From a phage ENP2309: a stretch of 32,000 nt of DNA. This document shows positions 7,789-16,302 of this stretch, piece by piece (position 1 is the first letter of the stretch; every line of letters begins with the position of its first letter). The notes below the pieces were generated by a model. That model saw only the letters and a program-made list of their open reading frames with translations. It was not told where the DNA came from and did no database searches. A program made the position numbers and the translations under genes. The DNA lies in sequence record PQ787220.1; one strand, written 5' to 3'.

Positions 7789-10164
7789 TTGAAAATTCTA
7801 TTCTTACAAGAGTACATTAGAGAAAATCATGTCCATAATGGAAAGAACGGACAAACAGTTGATTTTAAAAGAACAGAAATGGGTAAAAAACTCACAGGTC
7901 TGTTAAATACAATAGGGCTGACAGGTAGGGACTATGCTGTAGACTATGTGTACGACATGATTCCGGAAGTACAGAAAGTTAACCCTAGAACAGGTAAACC
8001 AATTAAGTATAAGACACCTACGTTAAGACAGCGTAAAGAACCAGAGGAACGGTTACTCAGACGTTTAATGAAATACAAACCAGATATTATCATCCCAATG
8101 GGGGAGATGGGTTGTAAAAATTTATTAGGAAGTACTTCTATCACAAAGAATAGAGGAGTACCAACTAAGAAAACAATTACGAATGAGAACATACTGAGAA
8201 CGGCTGATGAGCAAGGGCTTGAGGTAGACGAAGTAGTAGACTCTTTTGAAACTTGGGTACTACCTATGTTTAGTATGGAATACTGGACAGCTAACCCAAA
8301 CATTGAGAACTTTATCATGGCGGATATTGATACATTGGGTAAGTTTGTTCAAGAAGGGGAACAAGCATTTATCCCTAAAAAAGTAGATTACGAATTTGTT
8401 GATAACATTGAACGTGTAAGACAAATTTTTGGTTTTTTAGACAAAACGAAGCCAGTAACTGCATGGGACTTGGAGACAAATAGTTTACGTGGTGACTTAT
8501 TAGGGGCTAAGCCTCTTGTAATGTCTATGAGTTGGCTAGAGGGGCAAGGTGTGACTATACCGTTAGAACACCATGAAGCTAAATGGAGCCCAGAAGAACT
8601 TAACGAAATATATGACTTATTTGAGAAGTTTTTAGCGGACAGACAGCAACCAAAAGTAGGACAAAATATCCAGTTCGATATTAGATTCTTAATGAACACA
8701 AAAGGATTTACAGAGTTTGAAGACAACAGAGATACAAAAATTGCTTACTATCTAATTGTTTCTCAGAAAGTAGACACTTCAAAACGACTATCCGATATTG
8801 CATATGAATTAACAGATATGGGAGGCTATGACGAACCGTTAGAGCAGTATAAAAAACAGTATAAAGAGGACTATATTGCTCGTAAGAAAGCAGAGATTGA
8901 TGCTTTCAAAGAAGCTGAAAAAGAACGAGTAGAGTGTGAGTTCAAGATAGCAATGGATAGATATAAGCAAGAAGTTAAAGAAGCTAAGCTTATTGGTAAA
9001 CCTACTAAGTCCATTATTAAACCAGTAAAAGAAAAAGTTGTAGTACCTAAGAAATCGGATATTAAACTTATTAATGAGATTGACGGTGGTAACTTTAACT
9101 ACGACTGGATTCCATTAGAAATTATGCACCCATATGCTAGTGGAGATGTCGATTGCTGTCTACGTATTTATAATGTTCTATATAAACGAATTGAGGAACA
9201 TCCTAAGATGTTGGAATTATGGTTGGGCTTTTATCCTAGACTAACAGCAACATTAGCACACATCGAGGCTTCTGGTGTTCTATTAGACTCTGAATACGCA
9301 GAATTAGTAGAGAACATCTATACAGAAGAAGAACATCGGTTGCTTAATGAAATTAGAAAGTTACCAGAAGTAAAAGAAGTAGAAGATGAACATATGATGT
9401 TCTACAAAGAGGGGCTTAAAGAAATGACAAAGCCTGTCAAAGATAGAGATGCCTCTGTTGCCAGACTACGAGATAAATATAAAATTACTGATAGTGAGAA
9501 CAAAGTACATTTTAAACCAAGTTCGTCTGAACATAAAGGTAGACTGCTATTTAAAGTAATGGGACTTACACTACCTTATGATAAAGAATCTATTAAAAAA
9601 GAAACTTTTGACAATGGGGTGCCAGAACATCAGCTAACATGGAGAGATTATAAAACAGATAAACATGCACTAGCTTATATTGCAGAAAATTATCCAGAGG
9701 CTAAACATGTTGCTGAACTTTTGCTAGAGTATTCTAAAGTAAACACACTAAAAAATAACTTTGCTCAAAAGTTACCTAAATTAGCATCTAACAAAGATGG
9801 CATGATTCATGGTTCATATAACAGTACAGGTACAGAATCTACACGATTGAGTGCAAACAACCCGAATATGCAACAATTAAGTAGTAAGGTTGGAGACCCT
9901 AGACGTTTTGACTATAAATACCCAATTAAACGTTTATTTAGAACAAGATTTGAGGGAGGCGGAATGCTACAACTAGACTACTCCGCCCTAGAAATGCGTA
10001 TTTTAGGTTTGATTGCAAAAGATAAAGCAATGACACAAGCATTTATTAATGGTGAAGATATGCATGAGGCAACTGCATCTCTTGTATGGAAGTTACCTAA
10101 AGATAATGTACCAAAAGATATGCGACAACGTGCGAAGAGTGTCAACTTCGGCATCGCTTACGGT
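7789..10164 (+). CDS. polA: family A DNA polymerase, exon 1 (degenerate UDG-like N-terminal domain, 3'-5' exonuclease, start of polymerase domain)
   Basis: Exo motifs 'VTAWDLETNSL', 'VGQNIQFDIRFLMN'; Pol motifs 'LLQLDYSALEMRILG', 'RQRAKSVNFGIAYG'. Native reading is interrupted right after 'YG'; splice site placed after T10164 by P1 pairing and frame. Confidence 0.93.
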
Positions 10165-10603
10165 AAACACAATTGCCGTCTTGTAGCGTAAGCTACTCGA
10201 TTAAACTTACCTAAACGGGCATAGCTGAATAACCAATAAGCTGATAAGAGAACCTAAGTCCTGAAAAGGATAGAGGCAATCCCGTGCTAAGTTGCTATAG
10301 TAAAAGAAGAGTGTAGGTAGCTAGAATACTTACAGGGTAATGACGTATGTGGTGTACTGGTAAGCACTGCATATCTGAACCTTTATAGGGTTATGTGTGA
10401 ACTCCTCAAACCAGTAAAGAAAACACACTATAGCATAAATGCCGAACGACTATCGAAAAGTGAGTAGCTGTCGAGAGGACACCTACAATATAACTGAGTA
10501 GAGTACACCAACAGGTGGAAATGGTAAGGCTCCTAGAGTAACGACTAGGAGCGTGATATAGTCTAAGCCCCTAATAAATATCGGGAAACCGAGGGTATAA
10601 CTG
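10165..10603 (+). ncRNA. group I intron (439 nt, no internal ORF) in DNA polymerase gene
   Basis: 5' exon ACGGU pairs with IGS GCCGU (10175-10179) with U.G at the splice site; intron ends in G; P4/P6-type segments 'acctaaacggg...gcaatcccgtgctaagtt'; P7 strands 'gactatc' / 'gatatagtc'; splicing restores the frame (...NFGIAYG|ESPFSIAPKLGVTVEEAE...). Confidence 0.93.
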
Positions 10604-11299
10604 GAAAGTCCTTTTTCAATTGCGCCTAAGTTAGGTGTAACTGTAGAAGAAGCAGAGCGTATTTTTGAAGAGTATTTTGCAAGTAAGCCAAGTATTAAAC
10701 AATTTATTGAAGAGACACATCAATTTGCTCAACGTTATGGCTACGTAGAAACACTACAAGGACATCGTAGACTATTACGTGACTCATTCTCTAAAGATAA
10801 GAAAGTATTTAATGGAGCAATGCGTAAGTCAGTAAATACAATCATTCAAGGAACTGGCGCCTACTTAACTAACCTATCAATGGTATACATTGACGAGTAT
10901 ATTAGAAAACACAATAAGCGTTCACGTATTGTTATCACTGTACATGACTCACTTGTTATTGATTGCCCACGTGATGAAGTGGACGAGATGGCAAAAGTGG
11001 CTAAATATATTATGGAGAACTTGCCAATTGATTTCTTAATGATTGAGTGGGAAGGTAAAGAGATGCGTTACCCTATTGTGGCAGATGTAGAGATTGGGGA
11101 GAATTACAATGATATGGTTGATTATGATGCAGAAATTATCAACGAGTTTGCTTCTTACCGAGGATACGTAAAATACTTCAAAGACCAAGCTAAGATTAAA
11201 GATTACTATGATAACAAACTTATCTCAGAAGAGCAAAAAGACCAAGGTATCAAAGTTATCCAAGATGCAATAGAGTCATATAAACAAATGACAATTTAA
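10604..11299 (+). CDS. polA: family A DNA polymerase, exon 2 (C-terminal palm; spliced product about 1023 aa)
   Basis: In-frame continuation 'ESPFSIAPKLGVTVEEAERIF...RRLLRDSF...NTIIQGTGAYL...IVITVHDSLVID' (motif C-like HDS). The ORF track starts this exon late, at an internal Met (10820). Confidence 0.92.
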   Translation, partial: ESPFSIAPKLGVTVEEAERIFEEYFASKPSIKQFIEETHQFAQRYGYVETLQGHRRLLRDSFSKDKKVFNGAMRKSVNTIIQGTGAYLTNLSMVYIDEYIRKHNKRSRIVITVHDSLVIDCPRDEVDEMAKVAKYIMENLPIDFLMIEWEGKEMRYPIVADVEIGENYNDMVDYDAEIINEFASYRGYVKYFKDQAKIKDYYDNKLISEEQKDQGIKVIQDAIESYKQMTI

Positions 11300-11320
11300 T
11301 AAAAAAATGTTAAAAATAGC

Positions 11321-11352
11321 TTGACTATTGACGTATAGTATGTTATTATAAT
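11321..11352 (+). promoter_or_regulatory. probable promoter
   Basis: TTGACT (11321-11326), 17-nt spacer, TATTAT (11344-11349), overlapping TATAAT (11347-11352). Confidence 0.55.
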
Positions 11353-11401
11353 ATGGCAGACAAGTTTTCTGTATTAATACAAGAAGGGGGAGTTAGAGAG
11401 T

Positions 11402-11944
11402 GTGCTTAATTTACGAGTAGATGATTTAGAGTTCAAAACAATTAAAATTATTGATGATAACGGAGAAGTTGTGACACATGATTTACAAACAGAGTTACAA
11501 GTCAATGAATTTAATGTGAGAACAGCATTTTTAGAGCAACCTGCTAAGTATACTTATTGGACTTCGATACTAGAGCGCTTGCGCATGTATCAAGAAAACT
11601 ATGAGTTAAAAGCAGAGAAGAAGAAAGCAGAACTATATGAGCCTTCTCGGGTTGCCTTAATCAATCAAGGAGTAGCTAAACCTACAAAAGACCAGATTGA
11701 GGCACAGATTATGTTAGATGAAGACTACTACAAACTTAGACAGAGTATAGTTAACCTATCATTTAACGTGAGACAACTGCAATATATAGTTAAAGCTTTT
11801 GAACAAAGAAAAGATATGCTTATTCAGTATGGAGCAGACCTTCGTAGGGAATATGAGTATAGCCAAAAGGTTAGTATGCCAGACCCAATGAAAAATAAGG
11901 TAAATAATGGTTTCTCAGACTTTCAATGGAATTTAGAACAGTAA
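11402..11944 (+). CDS. hypothetical coiled-coil protein, candidate UvsY-like recombination mediator
   Basis: GTG start after 'gaaggggga' SD; helical pattern resembling T4 UvsY; sits immediately upstream of candidate SSB and RecA. Confidence 0.75.
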   Translation: MLNLRVDDLEFKTIKIIDDNGEVVTHDLQTELQVNEFNVRTAFLEQPAKYTYWTSILERLRMYQENYELKAEKKKAELYEPSRVALINQGVAKPTKDQIEAQIMLDEDYYKLRQSIVNLSFNVRQLQYIVKAFEQRKDMLIQYGADLRREYEYSQKVSMPDPMKNKVNNGFSDFQWNLEQ

Positions 11945-11999
11945 AATTAGTGATAAAAAAATAATATAATATAAAAAAAATAGAAATGGAGAAATTTAA

Positions 12000-13286
12000 A
12001 TGAATTTTCAAGAACAATTACAACAACAATTAAAACAACAAAATATTGGAGAACGTGAAGCGGTAGACTACCCATCAAATCATTTAAAACATAAAGAATT
12101 ATACTTCCCTAAAGCAGAAAATGGTCAACCATCAACTCTATATGTACGTGTGTTACCTCCTGCAGTACCGGGAGAAAACTATAATGTTAGCGCTCGTGAG
12201 GCATTCTTAACAACTCGTAATCGTAATGGTAAAGATTTAAAGAGCAACTTTATCTTTTCAGAACACCCTAATGCAGAAGACATCTTAGAACAAGCTATGA
12301 TTCGTTGGAACGCAGAAAATCGTGTACCAAACCCTTATAGCCGTAATACAAAACCTCGTCAACGTTACTACGTTAATGTAGTGCAGTTAATTATTAACCA
12401 ACAAACAGGGGAAGTTAGCTATGAAACAGATTCTAATGGTCAGCTAATGGTTCGTTTACTTAAGTTACCACAAACAGCTTGCATGGCTATTAATGAGAGC
12501 TTAAGTAACCCAATGTTACGCCCACAGTTTTCACCTGATGTACCAGAAGAAGTAGCGCAATACAGCTTTATTTCTTCTGCAGATGCATTCCCTATTTCAA
12601 TTACAAAACCACCACGTAGTAACAAACCTACTTCGTACAATGTACAAGTGATTAGTAATCGTAGCTTAGGTGCATTACCACAAGGTTGGGAAAACTTATT
12701 AGAAGACTTGAAATACCAAGCTACACCTTCTGTAGAGTACAATCGTGAGTTTATTGAGTACTTTATTGATGTAGTAGATGGGAAGGAACCTATTCATCAA
12801 GGAGCTCAAAGTCAAGGAACCCAAGCTCCACAATTTAATCAGCAACCAGTACAGCCTCAATTTAATCAACAGCCTGTACAACCACAATTTAACCAACAAC
12901 CTGTACAACCAATGCAACAAAATACTGGTTGGTCGCCACAGCAAAGCCAACCACAACAGCCTGCTACAGGTTTTAATGCAACGAACATGGGAACACCTCC
13001 AAACATTAATGGAGGGTTTAACCAACAACCTGTACAACAACCTGTACAACAGCAACCGATGGGTTCTTTCAATGAACAACCAATGACAGACCCTTCTACC
13101 ATTTCTGATGCGGATATGCCTTTCAATATGCAGTCCATGCCTGATGTATCACCACAACAAAATGCTGTACCTGAGCAACCTGTGACTAATACACCAGAGC
13201 CAGTAAGCCAACCAGTTGTTAACCAACAGCCAAATAACACACCTAGTGTAGACGACCTATTAGCAGGTATGGTAGGCAACGTTTAA
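12000..13286 (+). CDS. candidate single-stranded DNA-binding protein with long Q/P/N-rich C-terminal tail
   Basis: 428-aa ORF; folded N-terminal ~260 aa, then a low-complexity QFNQQPVQP-type tail; position between UvsY-like candidate and RecA. Function is inferred from position and architecture. Confidence 0.7.
   Translation: MNFQEQLQQQLKQQNIGEREAVDYPSNHLKHKELYFPKAENGQPSTLYVRVLPPAVPGENYNVSAREAFLTTRNRNGKDLKSNFIFSEHPNAEDILEQAMIRWNAENRVPNPYSRNTKPRQRYYVNVVQLIINQQTGEVSYETDSNGQLMVRLLKLPQTACMAINESLSNPMLRPQFSPDVPEEVAQYSFISSADAFPISITKPPRSNKPTSYNVQVISNRSLGALPQGWENLLEDLKYQATPSVEYNREFIEYFIDVVDGKEPIHQGAQSQGTQAPQFNQQPVQPQFNQQPVQPQFNQQPVQPMQQNTGWSPQQSQPQQPATGFNATNMGTPPNINGGFNQQPVQQPVQQQPMGSFNEQPMTDPSTISDADMPFNMQSMPDVSPQQNAVPEQPVTNTPEPVSQPVVNQQPNNTPSVDDLLAGMVGNV
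12831..12911 (+). repeat. 3 tandem copies of a 27-nt in-frame repeat (QFNQQPVQP)
   Basis: caatttaatcagcaaccagtacagcct / caatttaatcaacagcctgtacaacca / caatttaaccaacaacctgtacaacca. Confidence 0.95.
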
Positions 13287-13303
13287 CAATAATGAAACAG
13301 TTA

Positions 13304-13327
13304 GGAGGGGCATACTGCCCCTTTTAA
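13304..13327 (+). terminator. hairpin, probable weak terminator
   Basis: GGGGCA-tac-TGCCCC-TTTT. Confidence 0.6.
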
Positions 13328-13370
13328 TTCTGTATTAACTATCCAAAATATTTAGTAGGAGTGAATAATA

Positions 13371-13904
13371 TTGGCAAGAAAAAGAAAAAGTGAAGAAATA
13401 GATTTTGGAACTATTGATTTGACAAAAGAGGTGGGACTAACTACATTTACGGACACAAAGTTCTCTAATGTATCAGACAGACTACCAACAATGATTCCAC
13501 AGCTTGATTACATTTTAGGTGGAGGATTGCCATTTGGACGTATGGTCGAGGTCTTTGGTAAGAACTCTAGTGGTAAGTCCACTTTAGCAGTTCATCTAAC
13601 AAAGGTAGCACAGATGCTAGATGTACCAACTGTATGGATTGACGTTGAAGGTACCGCAGACCCAGAACGCTTAGCAGAACTAGGGGTAGACTTTAGTGCA
13701 GGCGGAGTATTCATGGTAGAGCCTAAACAGAACAAAGACGGTAGTAAAGATACAATCACGGTAGAACGTGTAGCAGAAGAGTTACAACGACTCTTACCAG
13801 TATTTAGTAAGCTTGGAAAACCTGTATTAATTATTTGGGACTCTGTAGCGCAAACAGCTTCTGAGAAAGAGTTAGAAAAAGGTGTAGGTAACCAACAGCC
13901 GGGT
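13371..13904 (+). CDS. recA: RecA-type recombinase, exon 1
   Basis: TTG start; Walker A 'FGKNSSGKST', 'VIWIDVEG'-like and 'PVLIIWDSVAQ' motifs; ends in the L1 region '...EKGVGNQQPG'. Confidence 0.93.
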
Positions 13905-14205
13905 TTGTAATAAAGCTCCGTTAGATAGTAATATCTAAAAGAAACCTATCTTTATCATGGGAAGCCTCTAGGAGGTTATCATGAGTGAAGCTGTAGAAAT
14001 ACAGAACATGCAACGACTATCGAAAAGTGAGTAGCTGTCGAGAGGACACCTACAATATAACTGAGTAGAGTACACTCAAGTGGGTGGAAATGGTAGGGCT
14101 CCTAGAGTAACGACTAGGAGTAAGATATAGTCTGCACTATATGGTGACATATAGCAGTTCATAAGAGAACGCTACAAGATTAACGACCTTGTAGGAACGT
14201 ATTGG
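13905..14205 (+). ncRNA. group I intron (301 nt, no HEG-sized ORF) in recA
   Basis: Core block identical to the polA intron (14012-14075); P7 strands 'gactatc' / 'gatatagtc'; U13904.G13915 at splice site with GGG/CUC pairing and the same 10-nt P1 loop size as the polA intron; splicing gives '...QPG|IKAKAMAQ', collinear with bacterial RecA '...HMGLQARLMSQ'. Confidence 0.9.
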
Positions 14206-14919
14206 ATTAAAGCAAAAGCAATGGCACAGTTTGCTCAAATCATTGCACCTTTAATGACAAATTCAAAAGCATTATTTATTGCTATTAACCAAGCACGTGA
14301 TGAGCTAGGTAGTATGTTTGGTGGAGTAGACTCTCCCGGAGGACACGCTTTACACCACTGGGCTAGCTTACGATTAGAGGTAGTTAAAGCAAGTCAGATT
14401 AAGAATAAAGAGCTAAATGCATTCGGTGCAGAGGAAGAGACCTATGTAGGACATATCCTGCGTGTTAAAACAGCAAAATCAAAAGTGTCCCGTCCTAACC
14501 AAAAAGCAGAAATGTATTTAATGTCAGACACAGGTCTGAACTTAGAGGAAAACATTTATCGTTCATGTTTTGCAACTAATAAGCAGTATGCCTTGATTAG
14601 TGGAGGCACATGGAAGTCTTATACAACGGATGCAGGACAAGAGATTAAATTCAATTCAGATAAAGCTTGGGTAGCTTATTTACGTTCAGAAGAGGGGAGA
14701 CCTGTTCGAGACGAACTATTTGCTAAAATGATGGTACGCTCATTCCCACATCGTTATGCTCCGTTTAATAATGAGGATGTGGACGTATGCAAAATTCCAT
14801 TATATGAATTTACTAAAGAATATATGGAAAATCATAAGGAACAACCTAACCAAGCTACTAAAGAAGAAGTCCCCGAAACAGGAACAGATGTTTCAGATTT
14901 ACTTAAACAGGTAGACTAA
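14206..14919 (+). CDS. recA: RecA-type recombinase, exon 2 (spliced product about 415 aa)
   Basis: 'IKAKAMAQFAQIIAPLMTNSKALFIAINQARDELGSMFGGVDSPGGHALHHWASLRLEV' L2 and downstream RecA motifs. Confidence 0.92.
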   Translation: MKAKAMAQFAQIIAPLMTNSKALFIAINQARDELGSMFGGVDSPGGHALHHWASLRLEVVKASQIKNKELNAFGAEEETYVGHILRVKTAKSKVSRPNQKAEMYLMSDTGLNLEENIYRSCFATNKQYALISGGTWKSYTTDAGQEIKFNSDKAWVAYLRSEEGRPVRDELFAKMMVRSFPHRYAPFNNEDVDVCKIPLYEFTKEYMENHKEQPNQATKEEVPETGTDVSDLLKQVD

Positions 14920-14924
14920 CAGAT

Positions 14925-14945
14925 AAGGGGGCGTTTAGCCCCTTT
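14925..14945 (+). terminator. hairpin downstream of recA, weak terminator or processing/stability element
   Basis: AAGGGGGC-gttta-GCCCCTTT. Confidence 0.5.
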
Positions 14946-14972
14946 ATTAGCTATAAAGGAGAGGAACTTATT

Positions 14973-15359
14973 TTGCGCAAAGGACTAGCACCTAACCCAT
15001 TTTTTGAAATATTAGAAAAACATCAAGACTCCTCTAAACGTACTATGACTATGAACAACAGTGGTACACCTAGTTCACTACAACCAATAAGAGATATGTT
15101 CTTAAAGGCAATGAGAGAGGGTAAGAGAGTCCTAATAGAGAACTCTGACTTAAGTAGTGCGAACTCTGTTGTTATAGAGATAGAATATGTAGGTAATCGT
15201 TGGTGTTTAGGTTATCAACGAGTCTTATTTTATGGTATGGAGTTAAAAATACCACACACTATCCACTTCTGTGATGTATATGGAGCCTATGGGCACGATG
15301 CTCAGAAGGTTAAGAGACAAGTTAAGGTAGTGTTTGAGGGGGACAACCCTTTTGAGTAG
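14973..15359 (+). CDS. hypothetical protein
   Basis: TTG start with SD 'aaggagaggaac'; 128 aa. Confidence 0.75.
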   Translation: MRKGLAPNPFFEILEKHQDSSKRTMTMNNSGTPSSLQPIRDMFLKAMREGKRVLIENSDLSSANSVVIEIEYVGNRWCLGYQRVLFYGMELKIPHTIHFCDVYGAYGHDAQKVKRQVKVVFEGDNPFE

Positions 15360-15966
15360 AGATGTTCAAAAAGAGGAAAAAGAAATACGTAATGGTAATC
15401 GGTTTATTACAGAGACTCATGGCAAAGGAGTGTTTCCTAGAGATGTAGACCGATTGTACCATAAGTATAGTAATCTTAGATATAAAGTCTATAACACTCA
15501 TAAAGACTCGTTCAATAGTGAGGCTTCACGTAAGGAGCTCAAGAGCTATATTGATGAGCAATTTATAAAGTTAACAAAAGAGTATGATATAAATGGAGAG
15601 GTAGACTTTCCGGGATATATTAAAAAAGCCCTGAATTTACGAGTAAGACACAGCTATGTAAAAGGAAGGTTCCGAGATACCGCTAGAGAACGTCTAGGCA
15701 CCCAAGATAATGAAGTAGAGTTATTGTTAGGGATTGACGATAGCTCTCAGGCAGATATTGAGGATGCAGAACTTATTGAATCGTTATTATCAAAAGCCAA
15801 TTTTTCAGAAATTGAATTAGCAGTATTTCAGCAGTTAATTCAAGGAACAGTAAGGGATGCTCGTATTATTACTGAATTGTCAGAAAACTACGGGGTGTCT
15901 AAGAAAGCCGTAAAAGATGCTATAAAAAATGTTCGTGAGTTTGTCTTAATAAATTTAACAGATTAG
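15352..15966 (+). CDS. phage RNA polymerase sigma factor
   Basis: Sigma region 2-like 'DFPGYIKKALNLRVRHSYVKGRFRDTARER' and C-terminal HTH 'DARIITELSENYGVSKKAVKDAIKNVREFVL'. TTG 15352 is favoured over 15334 by SD 'gaggggg' spacing. Confidence 0.75.
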   Translation: MSRDVQKEEKEIRNGNRFITETHGKGVFPRDVDRLYHKYSNLRYKVYNTHKDSFNSEASRKELKSYIDEQFIKLTKEYDINGEVDFPGYIKKALNLRVRHSYVKGRFRDTARERLGTQDNEVELLLGIDDSSQADIEDAELIESLLSKANFSEIELAVFQQLIQGTVRDARIITELSENYGVSKKAVKDAIKNVREFVLINLTD

Positions 15967-15970
15967 AGTA

Positions 15971-16025
15971 ATACCTCCTTTATGTCTGCTATATTAGCAG
16001 TAGAAACATAAAGGAGGTATTTTTT
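15971..16025 (+). promoter_or_regulatory. terminator-like hairpin whose 3' arm contains the holin Shine-Dalgarno sequence
   Basis: ATACCTCCTTTATGT (15971-15985) / ACATAAAGGAGGTAT (16006-16020), 15 bp perfect, inner CTGCTA-tat-TAGCAG, then TTTTTT; start codon GTG 16027. Confidence 0.85.
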
Positions 16026-16026
16026 A

Positions 16027-16302
16027 GTGGAACAAAACAACACTGGCAAGTATGCACCATTTATTCGTTTAATTGTGATGGGAATCTCATTTGTGGCAAC
16101 TGGTTTGACTACAATATTTGGTTGGGAACCTTTACCATTCACAGACGAACAAATGAACCAAGGTTTAATGTTAGTACTATCTGTAGGTCTTGCCATCTAC
16201 AACTGGTACAAAAACAACGCTGTAACTTCTTATGGTAAAGCAAAAGAAGAAGCAGGAAAAGAAGTAGTCGGAACTAGACAAGACTTCAAAAACAGAGACT
16301 AA
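16027..16302 (+). CDS. SPP1-type phage holin-like protein
   Basis: 'YAPFIRLIVMGISFVATGLTTIFGWEPLPFTDEQMNQGLMLVLSVGLAIYNWYKNNAVTSYGKAKEEAGKE' follows the two-TM plus 'WxKNNxxT' pattern of that holin family; GTG start. Confidence 0.75.
   Translation: MEQNNTGKYAPFIRLIVMGISFVATGLTTIFGWEPLPFTDEQMNQGLMLVLSVGLAIYNWYKNNAVTSYGKAKEEAGKEVVGTRQDFKNRD

Noticed and set aside
10165-10603. polA stop followed by a second ORF read as a frameshift or pseudogene, or as an intein/HEG insertion
   Set aside because: The inserted 439 nt has no long ORF, has group I core segments and a P1 pairing, and removal restores a full polymerase.
12699-13279. Antisense ORFs (12699..13079 -, 12866..13279 -) and alternate-frame ORF 12778..13086 +
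   Set aside because: Leu/Cys/Gly- or Asn/Leu-rich shadows of the CAA/CCA repeat tract in the true reading frame.
13981-14034. Mini-ORF MSEAVEIQNMQRLSKSE* with SD-like 'aggagg' inside the recA intron, possible homing endonuclease remnant
   Set aside because: The 'AGGAGG' lies in a likely intron stem (GCCTC-ta-GGAGGT area) and the second half of the peptide is the conserved intron core, so coding is probably accidental. Not fully excluded.
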